A stretch of 64,000 nt of DNA from Candidatus Sericytochromatia bacterium (GTDB lineage: Bacteria; Cyanobacteriota; Sericytochromatia; S15B-MN24; UBA4093). The notes beneath the pieces were generated by a model. It was not told where the DNA came from. It was given only the letters and a program-made list of their open reading frames with translations, and did no database searches. Below, piece by piece: positions 36,649 to 46,471 of the stretch (the first letter of the stretch is position 1; each line of letters starts with the position of its first letter). The translations under genes were made by a program, and so were the position numbers. The stretch lies in contig JAKFCT010000029.1 in NCBI GenBank assembly GCA_036676495.1, positions 1 to 64,000 of the forward strand, given 5' to 3'.

Positions 36649-37172
36649 CTACCGCGGCCCCGCCAGCAGCTCCTGCACCCGCTGCGCGCCCACGCGCCCA
36701 TGCTGCAGCATCGACATCGCCGACTGCGCCATCACCTGCGCCTTCGTCATGGCCATCACCTCCTGGGCCATGTCCACGTCCAGGATCCGCGAGCGCGACT
36801 GCTCATTCATGATGCCCATCCACATGACGTTGCTGAGGCGGTGGCCCAGCCCGTTGATCGTGGCCCCGATGCCCGCCCGGATCTCCATCACCTCTGCCAG
36901 CGCCGCGTCCGCCTTGAGCACCGCCTCCTTGGCGTGCTCCGCGCTCAGAACGAAGACGTCATTCAGGCTCAGCTCGTCGGCCCCTACGGGCGGGAGGCCT
37001 GATTGAAGCCCAGGACCTGGCTGCGCAGCTTCGCGGCGATGGAGAGGCCCGCGGCGTCGTCCGAGGCCTGGTTGACGCGCAGGCCGGAGGAGAGGCGACG
37101 CAGGGATCGATCGAGCGACGTGGCCTGGAGCGCGAGAGGCCGCATGGACAACTGCAGGCGGGCGGTGAACAA
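36649..37172 (-). pseudogene. Second flagellin-family gene with large internal deletion and frame break
   Basis: TTG 37172 after AGGAG gives [24 protein letters not shown] (stop 36984); a different frame carries DAALAEV..RAGIGA..SRILDVDMAQE..AMSML to 36649. Confidence 0.8.
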
Positions 37173-37299
37173 GACGACGACTCCTGCCGGCACGCCGGGG
37201 CATGCCGATAGTCCGGCCGTCGTCGGGCTTGCCGACGGGCCGATGGACAACGATGAGGGCTTTGCGAGGCGCAAGGCGAGCTTGCGGTGAGTGGTAACC

Positions 37300-37329
37300 T
37301 TATCGTCGGCAGGTCTAACCGGATCTTGA
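37300..37329 (-). promoter_or_regulatory. Sigma28-like promoter of the flagellin-like gene
   Basis: TCAAG...GCCGACGATAA; TCAA-N7-TTAG overlaps the -35 region. Confidence 0.45.
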
Positions 37330-37449
37330 GGCTCCCTCATGAAACGTCTTCCCGCGCGACGCTCCATGGCCGACGCTGCCTTGCTTTGACGGGCGCGCCC
37401 ATGGTAGGTTGAAGCGATCGCCCCCGTCCTCTCCTCAAGGAGCTCGCCC

Positions 37450-38172
37450 TTGCCTGGTAACTGGGTCCTCGGCCTCAACACCGCCTCCGAAACCCTCGGC
37501 ATCGCCCTCGTCCAGGGAGCGACCCTCCGCGCCGAGTTGGTCCTGGTTCCCGAGTCCTACCGCAGCGGCCACGGCGAGCGGCTGCAGCCCGCCATCGCCC
37601 AAATCTGCGAGCTCTCCGGCATCACGCCCTCCCAGCTCGCCGGGGTCGCCGTCGCTTCGGGCCCCGGAGGCTTCACCGGAGTGCGCACCGGCATGTCCGC
37701 CGCCAAGGCGATCGCCCTCGCCCTGGGCCTCCCGGTCGCCCCCGTCCCCACCCTCCTGGCCCTGGCCGCCCAGTCCCCTCTCGACGGGCTTGTCGCTCCC
37801 ATGCTCGACGCCCGCAAGGACAAGGTCTTCGCCGCCCTCTACCGCCGCGACTCCCATGGGCTGCATGAACTCATCCCGGGCAGCCTCATGAGCCTCTCGG
37901 ACTGGCTGGATCAGCTGGAGGAGTACAAGGGTGAGGCGCTCACCTTCCTGGGTGAGGGCGCCCAGCGGCAACGCGCGGCGATTGCCGCGCGCTTCCCCGT
38001 CCCCGCGCTGCCCGACTCCTCCCACCTCCTCCGCGCCGAATCGGTCGCCCTCCTGGGAGCCGCCATGCTGGAGCGCGGGGAAGGGGTCGACCCGCAGAAT
38101 GCCCTTCCGACCTACATGCGCGAGCCCACCGCCGTCGCCGGCTGGGAGGGCCTCTGCCCCCCGGGAACGTGA
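37450..38172 (+). CDS. tsaB: t6A biosynthesis protein TsaB
   Basis: [33 protein letters not shown]. Confidence 0.93.
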   Translation: MPGNWVLGLNTASETLGIALVQGATLRAELVLVPESYRSGHGERLQPAIAQICELSGITPSQLAGVAVASGPGGFTGVRTGMSAAKAIALALGLPVAPVPTLLALAAQSPLDGLVAPMLDARKDKVFAALYRRDSHGLHELIPGSLMSLSDWLDQLEEYKGEALTFLGEGAQRQRAAIAARFPVPALPDSSHLLRAESVALLGAAMLERGEGVDPQNALPTYMREPTAVAGWEGLCPPGT

Positions 38173-38279
38173 TCCCCGCGAAGCCCCGCGTCACCAAACC
38201 GGCAAAGCGTCTTGGCGGTTGGCTCGGTTGCTCTCGGCAGACCTCATGTGCTAGAAACACAACAGGAGGGACTTGAACC

Positions 38280-38807
38280 ATGGCCGAGATCAGCTTCATG
38301 CGACACGACGATCTGATTGACGTCGTCCCTATCGAGCGGCTCTGCTTCGGGGACCGCTGGTCGGTTCAAGCCTTCGCCAACGAGCTCGAGAACCCCGCGA
38401 GCACTTACTTCGTCGCCCGAGAGAGCGGCAAGATCGTGGGCTATGCCGGTTTCTGGCTGATCCTCGACGAGGCGCACATCACCACCATCGCCACCCATCC
38501 GCAATGGCAGCGCCGCAGCATCGGCGAGCAGATGCTGCTCACCATGATCGACGCCGCCGCCGAAAAGGGCGCCAAGTGGCTCACCCTGGAGGTGCGCGTC
38601 TCCAACGCCTCGGCGCAGAAGCTCTACGCCAAGTACGGCTTCACGGCCCTCGGCCGCCGGCGGGGCTACTACCAGGACGACGGCGAGGATGCGCTGGTCA
38701 TGTGGACGGAAAACATCTGGGACCAAGCCTACCGCGAGCGCCTCGAGCGCAATCGCGCGGAGCTCGAGCGAAAGCTCGCCGCGAACCCCTTGGAGCAGGA
38801 ATCCTGA
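38280..38807 (+). CDS. rimI: Ribosomal protein S18 N-acetyltransferase RimI
   Basis: DEAHITTIA, TLEVRVSN, RRGYY..EDALVM; follows tsaB. Confidence 0.93.
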   Translation: MAEISFMRHDDLIDVVPIERLCFGDRWSVQAFANELENPASTYFVARESGKIVGYAGFWLILDEAHITTIATHPQWQRRSIGEQMLLTMIDAAAEKGAKWLTLEVRVSNASAQKLYAKYGFTALGRRRGYYQDDGEDALVMWTENIWDQAYRERLERNRAELERKLAANPLEQES

Positions 38808-38825
38808 TCCCCGGTCGCCCCACGC

Positions 38826-40148
38826 TCAGTGGGCGATCGCCCCTTCCGACAACCTGAAGGTCTTGCCCGCGAGCCGGCTCGTCACGTGCAGCGTGCTGCG
38901 ATGGAGGGTCAGCTGGACCCCCGGGTAGACCTCGCCCTTCACCACGATTTGAGGCGTCGCACTGGGCTCCTGCTGTTGGAGTTCGAGCTGCTTGATCGCG
39001 AGGCCAATCGCAATCTGTTGCTGGATCAGCTTTCCGAGTGCGGGGTTCGGGTTCGCGCGCGCCTCTTGCAGTCGCGCCTCCACCGCGGCCAGGACCGTTC
39101 GCAACTGGTCGATCTCCGCCTGGAGCTCCTCGGGTTGCTTGCCGCCCTTGAGGAGCTGGATTTCCGCGTGAGTGGGGGTTTCGCTCGGATGGCCGATTTG
39201 CCCCGCCTCGATCTGCACTCCCGCGCTGGCGTGTCCACCGATGAGGCGCTGGCCAACGCTGATCTTGCCACCAGCCTCCAGCGTGCTCTGCACGGCATCC
39301 TTGTCGATCCGGAGATCTCCAAGCGCCTTCAAGGTCGATGAGGTGTCCACGTAGCGCGTGTGAATGCGGTCGGCCTCCAGCACGGCTTTGTTGCGGACCC
39401 CGCCCTTGACCTCGATGCTGCCGACGGCCCTGAGGGTCCCGCCTTCCACGAAGCCATGCACCTCGATGTTGGCGGTCGAGACCACCGAGAAGCCCGACAG
39501 GACATTGCCCTTGATGATCACGGATCCCTGGAAGGCGATGCTGCCGGTGGAGAAGTCGACGTCCTCCACCGTGTAGGCCGGTACCACGGTGAGCTTGCCC
39601 CCCTCGAAGATCGGAAGGCCGTTTATCCCGGCGAGCGCTTCGAGCTTGTCCTGGCTCAGGGTGACGTTCTTGCCGACATTGAAGGGAAGATCGGCACCCG
39701 GTTTGGAAGGAATGGCCTGGCCGGTGACGGTGGAGCCCGGGATCCCCTCCGTGGCCGGAATCTTGCGGGCGAGGACCTGTCCCTGCAGGGCCTGGGTCAC
39801 ATGGTTCTCGCGGAAATCGATCCGGGCTTCGTCTGAGGGGGAGTCAGCGTGGACGCTCTCTTGCTCTTGGAAGAGGTACTCAATCCGCGCGTTCTCTCCG
39901 GGTTGCGGAGGAGTTCCCCTGGCGACCAGCACCGGCTTTTCGGTCGGAGTCTCGGCGACTTGTCGCAGCAAGGCCGCGTCGATCCCATGACGGACGCCGC
40001 CCTGCTGGAGCCGAGCTTCGAGCTCGACCAGCGGAATGGGGCGAGGCGGCATGACGTGGATCCATGCTTCCATGCCGTCACGCTCGACGGAAACCGAGAT
40101 TTCCGGCTTGGAGGCTGACTCTACGGATTCATGTGCATCGGAGGACAT
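38826..40148 (-). CDS. fapA: DUF342/FapA flagellar assembly protein
   Basis: GVRHGID, VARGTPP.PG, IDFRE, DVDFSTGSIAFQG, VYPGV; ATG 40148 after AGGAGG. Confidence 0.85.
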   Translation of the reverse strand: MSSDAHESVESASKPEISVSVERDGMEAWIHVMPPRPIPLVELEARLQQGGVRHGIDAALLRQVAETPTEKPVLVARGTPPQPGENARIEYLFQEQESVHADSPSDEARIDFRENHVTQALQGQVLARKIPATEGIPGSTVTGQAIPSKPGADLPFNVGKNVTLSQDKLEALAGINGLPIFEGGKLTVVPAYTVEDVDFSTGSIAFQGSVIIKGNVLSGFSVVSTANIEVHGFVEGGTLRAVGSIEVKGGVRNKAVLEADRIHTRYVDTSSTLKALGDLRIDKDAVQSTLEAGGKISVGQRLIGGHASAGVQIEAGQIGHPSETPTHAEIQLLKGGKQPEELQAEIDQLRTVLAAVEARLQEARANPNPALGKLIQQQIAIGLAIKQLELQQQEPSATPQIVVKGEVYPGVQLTLHRSTLHVTSRLAGKTFRLSEGAIAH

Positions 40149-40309
40149 AGGCGACCTCCTTTCAGGCCATCGGAGAGGGGGATGCCCCAGGTTAGCAGAC
40201 GTCCTCATTGTGCCCAGTTGGAAGCGTTCCTACAAGCGTAGTTCTTGCCCAATGCGCGCAAGCCGAGCAGCGCGAGCGGGGGGCGCGGGCGCATGACGTC
40301 ATCGTTCCC

Positions 40310-40349
40310 AAAAAAAACGTTCCGCTGCGCGGGCCGCAGCGGAACGTTT
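40310..40349 (-). terminator. Intrinsic terminator of 40362-41186
   Basis: AAACGTTCCGCTGCG/CGCAGCGGAACGTTT stem running into a T8 tract. Confidence 0.9.
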
Positions 40350-40361
40350 CTAAGGGGTGGA

Positions 40362-41186
40362 CTAAGAACCCGCCTTGGCTTCCGCCGCCTTCCGGTCCTT
40401 CTGAAGCTTGCCCAGCCAGAGATCCGCTCCCAGCGAGAGCAGGCCTGCTCCGAGGGCGATGCCCCCCGCAATCGCCGCGCCAATCCCCGTGGGCGCGAGG
40501 GCGAGCGTCGCCACGCCCGCCACGCCCGCGATTCCCGAGAGCGCTGCCTTGGTGTTGGCGAGCACCTTCTCGGTCGTGCTGGCCTTGGGATCCTGGTTGA
40601 CCTTCGTCGCGGAGTAGATGTCGTACCCCGCCACGGCCACGCCCGCGAAGGGAGCGATCCGCCCGAGGAAGCGGGTGGCAGGAGCGAGCACCTTGTTATG
40701 CTGGAACGCGGTCGCAATCGCTTTGCCGGCCTTGCTCTCGGCGATCGCCGTGAAGAACTTCCCGAGGCGGGTGCCGCCCTGAACGGCCTTGCCGATTCCC
40801 GGCAGCCGGGCCAGCTCGTCCGAGCTGGTGGCGATCCGCGCCCCTTCCTTGATCCCATCCATGAGCCCGATGCCGTCGGCAATCTTCTTCGCGGTGGAGC
40901 CCTCGTCCTCCGCCTTCTTCTCTTCCGTGGCGGGCTGGCCCTGGGCGGCCCTCACGGCTTGAAGGATCGTCTGCTGGCGCTCGGCCTCGGTCTGAGGCCG
41001 AGCGGCGATCAAGGCCTTGTCCGTCGGCGTCTTGGGCTTGGGCGCTGCCGGCGGGGAGACGGCAGGCTTGCTGCCCGCTGCGCTACCTGCAGCCGTGCTG
41101 CTAGCAGCCGCGCTGCCGGGGGCCGCCGCAGGACGACCTGCCGAAGCCTTGCGAGACGTGTTCAGATTCTCATTGACCGATGCCAT
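40362..41186 (-). CDS. Orphan with disordered Ala/Ser/Pro N-terminus and long Gly/Ala hydrophobic C-terminal hairpin
   Basis: GGGGAG RBS, own terminator; AALSGIAGVAGVATLALAPTGIGAAIAGGIALGAGLLSLGADLW; no signal peptide. Confidence 0.8.
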   Translation of the reverse strand: MASVNENLNTSRKASAGRPAAAPGSAAASSTAAGSAAGSKPAVSPPAAPKPKTPTDKALIAARPQTEAERQQTILQAVRAAQGQPATEEKKAEDEGSTAKKIADGIGLMDGIKEGARIATSSDELARLPGIGKAVQGGTRLGKFFTAIAESKAGKAIATAFQHNKVLAPATRFLGRIAPFAGVAVAGYDIYSATKVNQDPKASTTEKVLANTKAALSGIAGVAGVATLALAPTGIGAAIAGGIALGAGLLSLGADLWLGKLQKDRKAAEAKAGS

Positions 41187-41232
41187 GCGGGACTCCCCAA
41201 GTATTCAGCGGCGGGCGCCAGGACTGGATCTC

Positions 41233-41291
41233 TTATGCCCCCCATCCGCCCCCTCCTGGCGCCAGGCAACGATCATTTGAACGGCGTTTAA
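41233..41291 (-). promoter_or_regulatory. Putative promoter GGCGCCAG-N15-GGGCATAA with TTAA-N7-TCAA box upstream
   Basis: Same layout as 4718-4775; box at 41277-41291. Confidence 0.35.
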
Positions 41292-41359
41292 CCGAATCCA
41301 AATAAATACCGCGAAGCCCCCTCGCAAGGAGGGGGCCCAGGGGGTGATCAAGGGGGTGA

Positions 41360-41629
41360 TTACGGGTTTTGAGCCTTGGTCTTGGGACGCCGACCGATCT
41401 GCGAGTAGAAGCCGATGCCCCGCGTCGCCTTGATCGCTTCCCCGCCCTTCTTGCCGATCTCCGCATAGTGATCGGAGCCGTAGCGCTCCTTGGTCTTGCT
41501 GCCGCCCTTCCGCCCGATCTGGGCGAAGAACTCAGGGCCTCTCTCGGCAGCGAGCGCCAATCCGCCCCGACGACCGAACTCCTTCATCCGAGGATCTCCC
41601 TTCGCGGGACCCCGCTTCTTGCCTGCCAT
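41360..41629 (-). CDS. KGG-repeat general stress protein
   Basis: Repeated (E/Q)IG(R/K)KGG motifs; AAGGAGG RBS. Confidence 0.88.
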   Translation of the reverse strand: MAGKKRGPAKGDPRMKEFGRRGGLALAAERGPEFFAQIGRKGGSKTKERYGSDHYAEIGKKGGEAIKATRGIGFYSQIGRRPKTKAQNP

Positions 41630-41824
41630 CGCTTCCCTCCTTCATTACCTGCCGACGTCCCCCTGCAAAACCCCGAGGACTCGTCCCTTCAGGGCCCTGC
41701 ACGCCGGCAACCCTACCCACACCTGATTACTACATTAACTAAAGTATTTAGCCTGAGTGTGTCAGTTTAATTGCAATCCCATAAATGGCCGGGCGCTCGC
41801 CTGTGCTAGAATGGGGGCCGATCC

Positions 41825-41942
41825 CTTGCCTGTCGTTGCTTCAGGACAGCTTCGCTGTCTTGCGCAACAGCCGCGGGCGCTTGCCTGTCGTTGCTTCAGG
41901 ACAGCTTCGCTGTCTTGCGCAACAGCCGCGGGCGCTTGCCTG
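41825..41942. repeat. Tandem 55-bp hairpin-forming repeat (2 exact copies plus 8 nt)
   Basis: CTTGCCTGTCGTTGCTTCAGGACAGCTTCGCTGTCTTGCGCAACAGCCGCGGGCG at 41825 and 41880; inner stem GACAGC-TTC-GCTGTC. Confidence 0.9.
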
Positions 41943-41963
41943 CCGTCGCTGCCGGATGCCGCT

Positions 41964-44210
41964 ATGCCCCAGACGCTTTCGCCTGCTTCCAAGTTCCATG
42001 ACCGAGAAATCCTCGCCGGGTTCCCGGGGGAGGGGTTGAAACACGCCCTCTGGGAGCGATTCAACCGATTGCTGGAGGCCGGAGTGCCCAGCGAGGCCAT
42101 CCTCGTCCTGCTCGAGAGCCCGACGCGCTCCCGCTGGACCTCGCTCCTCAAGGGCGAGACGGAGAGCCATATCCAGCCCTCGGCCCGCAAAGAGACGTCG
42201 GATTCCGGTTTCAGCCGCGCCACCGGCCCTCAGCTCGTCTACACTCCCGCCGCGTGGATTCGCCACGAGCTCACCACGTACTGGCCCCTCGTCGAGGAGC
42301 GCCTGAGAGACTGGGGCTTCGTGTCCCCCGGCGCGGGCTATGCCGAGCCCCGAGCGGTCAGCGTGGACCTCGCCCAGTACCTGATGGTCTTCTTCACCCG
42401 CGATCACCGCGCCCAAGGCTGCTTCGAGCAGTCGCGCTCCCCGCTCTTCCTCCAGAACGTCCAGCTCCTCGACACCCTCTCGCGCGGCATCGAGAACGGC
42501 TTCTCTCTGCTGGACCCCATCACCGGCGAGGTTTCCGCCGCAGGCCTGGCCAAGCGACTTGCCGATCGCCTGCGAAGCGGCCACGCAGGCTCCGCCCTCG
42601 ATCTCGAGCTCCTCGACGGAGTCGAGGAGTGCCTCGAACGCTACGTCACCGGCATGCTCCGCCACCGCCTCCTCGACTTCGCGCTCCAGCTCGAACTCTT
42701 CGCGAGCATCCTCCTGAACGCCCCCCGCTACCAGCGCAGCCGCCTCGCCAAGCTCCAGCACGTCCTCGTCGAAAACCTCGACGAGACCTCTCCGCGCATG
42801 CAGGAGATCCTGCGAACACTTCAAACTGGCGGCACCCACCTCTTCGCCACCCTCCAGTCCCAGCTTCCCGCCGACCACCCCTCCCAGATCCTCGGAGGCC
42901 TCCGCGAGTACGTCGGCGCCGATCCCCTAGGCGCCTGGGCTTGGACCCAGGACTGGCACGCGCAGCCCTCGGACGGCCCGGTTCCGTTGCTGGCGGAGCT
43001 GGGAAACGCCCTGCACGACGCCTTGCTGGGAAATGCCCGGGCCGTGGCGCCGGATCCCGCCACGCTCATCATGCGGGGCTTCGACGCGCACCCCGAGATG
43101 CTCGACGCGGCGATCGCCGACCTTTCCGCCCTCCTGGACAAAGGCGTCGCCCCCGAGCACATTGCCTTCGTGGCGCCCGCCATCGACCCCCTGCTCATCT
43201 GGGCCATGCGCGACCGCCTCTCCAAGCTCTCGACCCGGAGCATGCCGCAAGGCGTACCCCTTTACGTCTTTGCCGGCACCAACCGCCTGGTGGACTACCG
43301 CCCCGTCCGGGTGCTGATCACCCTCGCGCGGCTCGCCTACGACTGGGGCGATCGCCCCGACCGCTTCGCCCTGATCGAGCTGCTCGAGCTCGTGACCGGC
43401 CTGCCCTCCCTGCCGCTCGCCAAGGTGGTCGACAAGCTCTGCCCCGACGGCCGCCTCGGCCTCCCCGAACAGCTCACCCTGCTGGGCCTGGACGTCCCCG
43501 AGGAGGCCATGTTCCGCTACAAGAGCCTGCTCTCCTGGCTGGACGAAGCGCGCGAAAGCCTGCCCCCGGAGCTCGCGGACTTCTTCCGGCGGGCCTTTGC
43601 CGAGGTCTACGCCCCGGCCCGCCTTGCGCGCATCGGGGAGGCCGCCGACGAGGCTCAGCAGCGGGAAATCAGCCAGATCGGGCAACTGATCGAGCTTGCC
43701 GAGCGGTTCACGGGGGTGGTCTCGCGCCTCAAGCCGGAGACCCCCGAGGCCTGGGGCAAGGATCTGGTGAGGTTCCTCTTCGGGGGGGCGATCGCCGAGC
43801 GCCCCTTCTTCCAGCGGGAGCCGCACCGAACCTCCATCATGCTCTCGACAGCCTCTCAGCTCGCCGAGAAGGGCTTCGCCCGCCGGGACGACGATCTCAA
43901 GATCTTGTTCATCCTGGACTTCGGCTCGGATCGCTGGTGGAAGAGTGATCGCCGGGAAATGACCAATAGCCGGGTCCTCTCGGTCCGCTGGAACGGCAAG
44001 CCCTACGACAAGGACACGGACGACTTCCAGTCGAACGAGAAGCTCGCCCGGGTGCTGCGCGCCTGCTGCCTCAAGGTCACGGGCCAGCTGCGGGTCTACT
44101 CCAGCAAGACGGACGCCGAAGGCCGGGAGTACTCGGACATCGACTTCGGAGAGCGGTTGCCGGAGCTGCTGGATGAGATCACCTCGTCCGGGAAAAAGGG
44201 AGGACGCTAG
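41964..44210 (+). CDS. Degenerate UvrD/SF1-fold protein (AddB/RecC-like scaffold, no nuclease domain)
   Basis: GFPGEGLK in place of Walker A, GVPSEAILVL, LLDFALQ, VLVENLDE in place of Walker B, GADP, PEHIAFVAP. Confidence 0.7.
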   Translation: MPQTLSPASKFHDREILAGFPGEGLKHALWERFNRLLEAGVPSEAILVLLESPTRSRWTSLLKGETESHIQPSARKETSDSGFSRATGPQLVYTPAAWIRHELTTYWPLVEERLRDWGFVSPGAGYAEPRAVSVDLAQYLMVFFTRDHRAQGCFEQSRSPLFLQNVQLLDTLSRGIENGFSLLDPITGEVSAAGLAKRLADRLRSGHAGSALDLELLDGVEECLERYVTGMLRHRLLDFALQLELFASILLNAPRYQRSRLAKLQHVLVENLDETSPRMQEILRTLQTGGTHLFATLQSQLPADHPSQILGGLREYVGADPLGAWAWTQDWHAQPSDGPVPLLAELGNALHDALLGNARAVAPDPATLIMRGFDAHPEMLDAAIADLSALLDKGVAPEHIAFVAPAIDPLLIWAMRDRLSKLSTRSMPQGVPLYVFAGTNRLVDYRPVRVLITLARLAYDWGDRPDRFALIELLELVTGLPSLPLAKVVDKLCPDGRLGLPEQLTLLGLDVPEEAMFRYKSLLSWLDEARESLPPELADFFRRAFAEVYAPARLARIGEAADEAQQREISQIGQLIELAERFTGVVSRLKPETPEAWGKDLVRFLFGGAIAERPFFQREPHRTSIMLSTASQLAEKGFARRDDDLKILFILDFGSDRWWKSDRREMTNSRVLSVRWNGKPYDKDTDDFQSNEKLARVLRACCLKVTGQLRVYSSKTDAEGREYSDIDFGERLPELLDEITSSGKKGGR

Positions 44211-44212
44211 CC

Positions 44213-46471
44213 ATGGATCCGACCTCCTCAGCCGCAGGCACTCCCCGTCAAGCGGCGGGTGAGGGAGAGACCTTCCGGCCCGCCCAGGCGGAGGTGCTGC
44301 GCTACGCGGGTGGCAGGCTCGCCATCGCGGCCGTGCCCGGCGCCGGCAAGACCTTCATCCTCACCCGGCTCGCCTGCTGCCTCATCTCGGACCTGGGCGC
44401 AAAGCCCCGTGAAATCTTGATTCTGACGTTTATGCGGGCGGCAGCGACCACGTTCAAGCGCCGGATCAGCAAGGCCCTGCGCGAAAGAGGCCTTCCCTCC
44501 TACGGCCTCCAGGCCTCGACCATCCACTCCTTCTGCCTCTCGGTGGTCAAGCAAGCCTACGAGCGCTACGGAGACCGTGACTACGGGCAAGAAGGCCTGC
44601 AAGTGCTCGCTCCCCTGGAGCAAGCCATGATCCTCTCGGATGGCCTGGATCGCTACCTCAGCGATCCCGCCGCGCGCCGGGACTGGGAGAAGCGCTACCC
44701 GCAGCAGCGCGAGCAGGACGATCCCCGCAAGGCGACCACCGACGCCGCGGCCAAGATCATCTCGGCCGCCAAGAACTTCCGGCTCAAGCCCGCCGAGATC
44801 GACGCGATCGCGGGAATCCCGCCCGAGCTCTCCTACCTCTACCGCCACTACGCCATGGCCCTGCGCGAGCGGAACGCCGTCGATTACGACGATCAGATCC
44901 AGGAAGCGCTCCTCCTGCTCAAGACCAATCCCGAGCTGCGAAGCTACTACCAGAAGCGCTTCCGCTGGGTCATGGAGGACGAGGCGCAGGACTCGACCCC
45001 GGCCCAGAACGAGCTCCTGGAACTCCTGACCAGCCCCGACTGGGGCGGCTCGGGCAACCTGGTCCGGGTGGGCGACTCCAACCAGGCCATCATGGCCAGC
45101 TTCACGTTCAACGACCCGCGCTTCTTCCGGGAATTCTGCGACGCGCAGCAAGCGGAGGGCCGCCGCGTGACCATGGACGAGTCGAGCCGCAGTGCCCCCC
45201 ACATCCTCGACCTCGCCAACCATCTGATCCAGCTCGCGAAGACCCACCCCGATCCCGGCGTCCAGAAGGCCTTCGACCCCGTGCGCATCCAGCCGGCCAC
45301 CGCCGGCAAGGCCAACCCCACCGGAGGCCGCGTCACCTGGGCCATGTTCTCCAGCAAGGATGAAGAGCGGGCCAAGGTGCTCACCGAGGTCCGGGACTAC
45401 CTCAAGGCCCATCCGGAGCGGCGCGTGGCCATCCTTTGCGCCACCAACCCGATGGTCAAGGAGTACGCCGAGACCGCCCGCGACATGGGCCTGCGAGTCT
45501 ACCTGGAAGATGAAGCCAAGCCCAAATCGACCGGGCTCATCCACCTGCTCGGGCGCGTGCTCACGCTCCTATCGCTGCCTCCGACGGCCCAGGCAGCGGC
45601 ATTCTGGCAGGTTATGACGTCGCTCTCCGAGTTGCTCTCCGATCCCCTCGAGGACGAGCCGGCCGCGCATGCCTGGGTGACGCAGGAGGCCAACCTCTAC
45701 GCACTCCTCTATCCCAAGACGGGCCTGCCGCCCCATCGGCCGGCGGCCATTCCCGAAGGCGACTACGCCCGCCTCGTCATGGTGGCCGAGCGCATGCGCA
45801 AGCTGCTGGACGCCCGCCACCTGCCGCCCGTTGAACTGCTTCCGACCATCGCGCGCGAGCTGGTCCCCGATCCGACCGCGCAACTGATCGCGGGAAAGGT
45901 CGCGGCGATCGCCCGGACCCGCTCCACCCGCGCCCCTTACCTGCCGCTGACCGACGAGGAGGCATGGCTCGCCCCGACCTCTCCCCTCGAGGAGACGCGC
46001 GCCCTGCTGGACGAGATCCTCTCCCACACCAAGACCAAGGAGCTGCTGCCCCGCACCGGCGAGACCCGTCCCCCGCAGCCCGGCGAAGTCGAGATCATCA
46101 CCCTCCACCGCTCGAAGGGCGCCGAGTACCCCGCCGTCTGGATCCCCGGCTTGGGCTACTTCAACTCCAACGCCACCCTCACCCATTTCCCCTGGAGCCT
46201 CGACGAAGCCGGCATCCGGGATCTCGAAAGCTTCATGGCCGAGAAGGCCATCATCCACCGGAACGACGACCCGCCGCCCGTCTCGGAGACGCTGATCCTG
46301 GAAGCCCAGCGGCTGCTGATCGCCGAGAAGTTGCGCCTGCTCTTCGTGGGGATCACCCGCGCCGAAGAAGACCTGCGCCTTTCCTGCTACAGCTTCAAGG
46401 GCGCCGACGGAGCCGTCCCCATCGCCCCTCCCCACGTCATGGAGCTTGCCGCCAGATGCCAGACCTCTTAG
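44213..46471 (+). CDS. Active UvrD/Rep-family SF1 DNA helicase without fused nuclease
   Basis: AVPGAGKT, TIHSF, MEDEAQD, VGDSNQAI, SSRS, TLHRSKGAEY, RLLFVGITRA. Confidence 0.93.
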   Translation: MDPTSSAAGTPRQAAGEGETFRPAQAEVLRYAGGRLAIAAVPGAGKTFILTRLACCLISDLGAKPREILILTFMRAAATTFKRRISKALRERGLPSYGLQASTIHSFCLSVVKQAYERYGDRDYGQEGLQVLAPLEQAMILSDGLDRYLSDPAARRDWEKRYPQQREQDDPRKATTDAAAKIISAAKNFRLKPAEIDAIAGIPPELSYLYRHYAMALRERNAVDYDDQIQEALLLLKTNPELRSYYQKRFRWVMEDEAQDSTPAQNELLELLTSPDWGGSGNLVRVGDSNQAIMASFTFNDPRFFREFCDAQQAEGRRVTMDESSRSAPHILDLANHLIQLAKTHPDPGVQKAFDPVRIQPATAGKANPTGGRVTWAMFSSKDEERAKVLTEVRDYLKAHPERRVAILCATNPMVKEYAETARDMGLRVYLEDEAKPKSTGLIHLLGRVLTLLSLPPTAQAAAFWQVMTSLSELLSDPLEDEPAAHAWVTQEANLYALLYPKTGLPPHRPAAIPEGDYARLVMVAERMRKLLDARHLPPVELLPTIARELVPDPTAQLIAGKVAAIARTRSTRAPYLPLTDEEAWLAPTSPLEETRALLDEILSHTKTKELLPRTGETRPPQPGEVEIITLHRSKGAEYPAVWIPGLGYFNSNATLTHFPWSLDEAGIRDLESFMAEKAIIHRNDDPPPVSETLILEAQRLLIAEKLRLLFVGITRAEEDLRLSCYSFKGADGAVPIAPPHVMELAARCQTS

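Noticed and set aside
40233-40250. Sigma54-like GG-N10-GC element upstream of fapA
   Set aside because: The -12 element reads ACGC rather than TTGC; too weak without evidence for rpoN
41757-41963. 69-aa Cys-rich N-terminal extension of the dead helicase
   Set aside because: It translates the promoter and 55-bp repeat; the SF1-like sequence begins after ATG 41964
45964-46455. Long N-terminal extension of the nuclease ORF
   Set aside because: Arg/Pro-rich off-frame read-through of the helicase gene; better start at 46456
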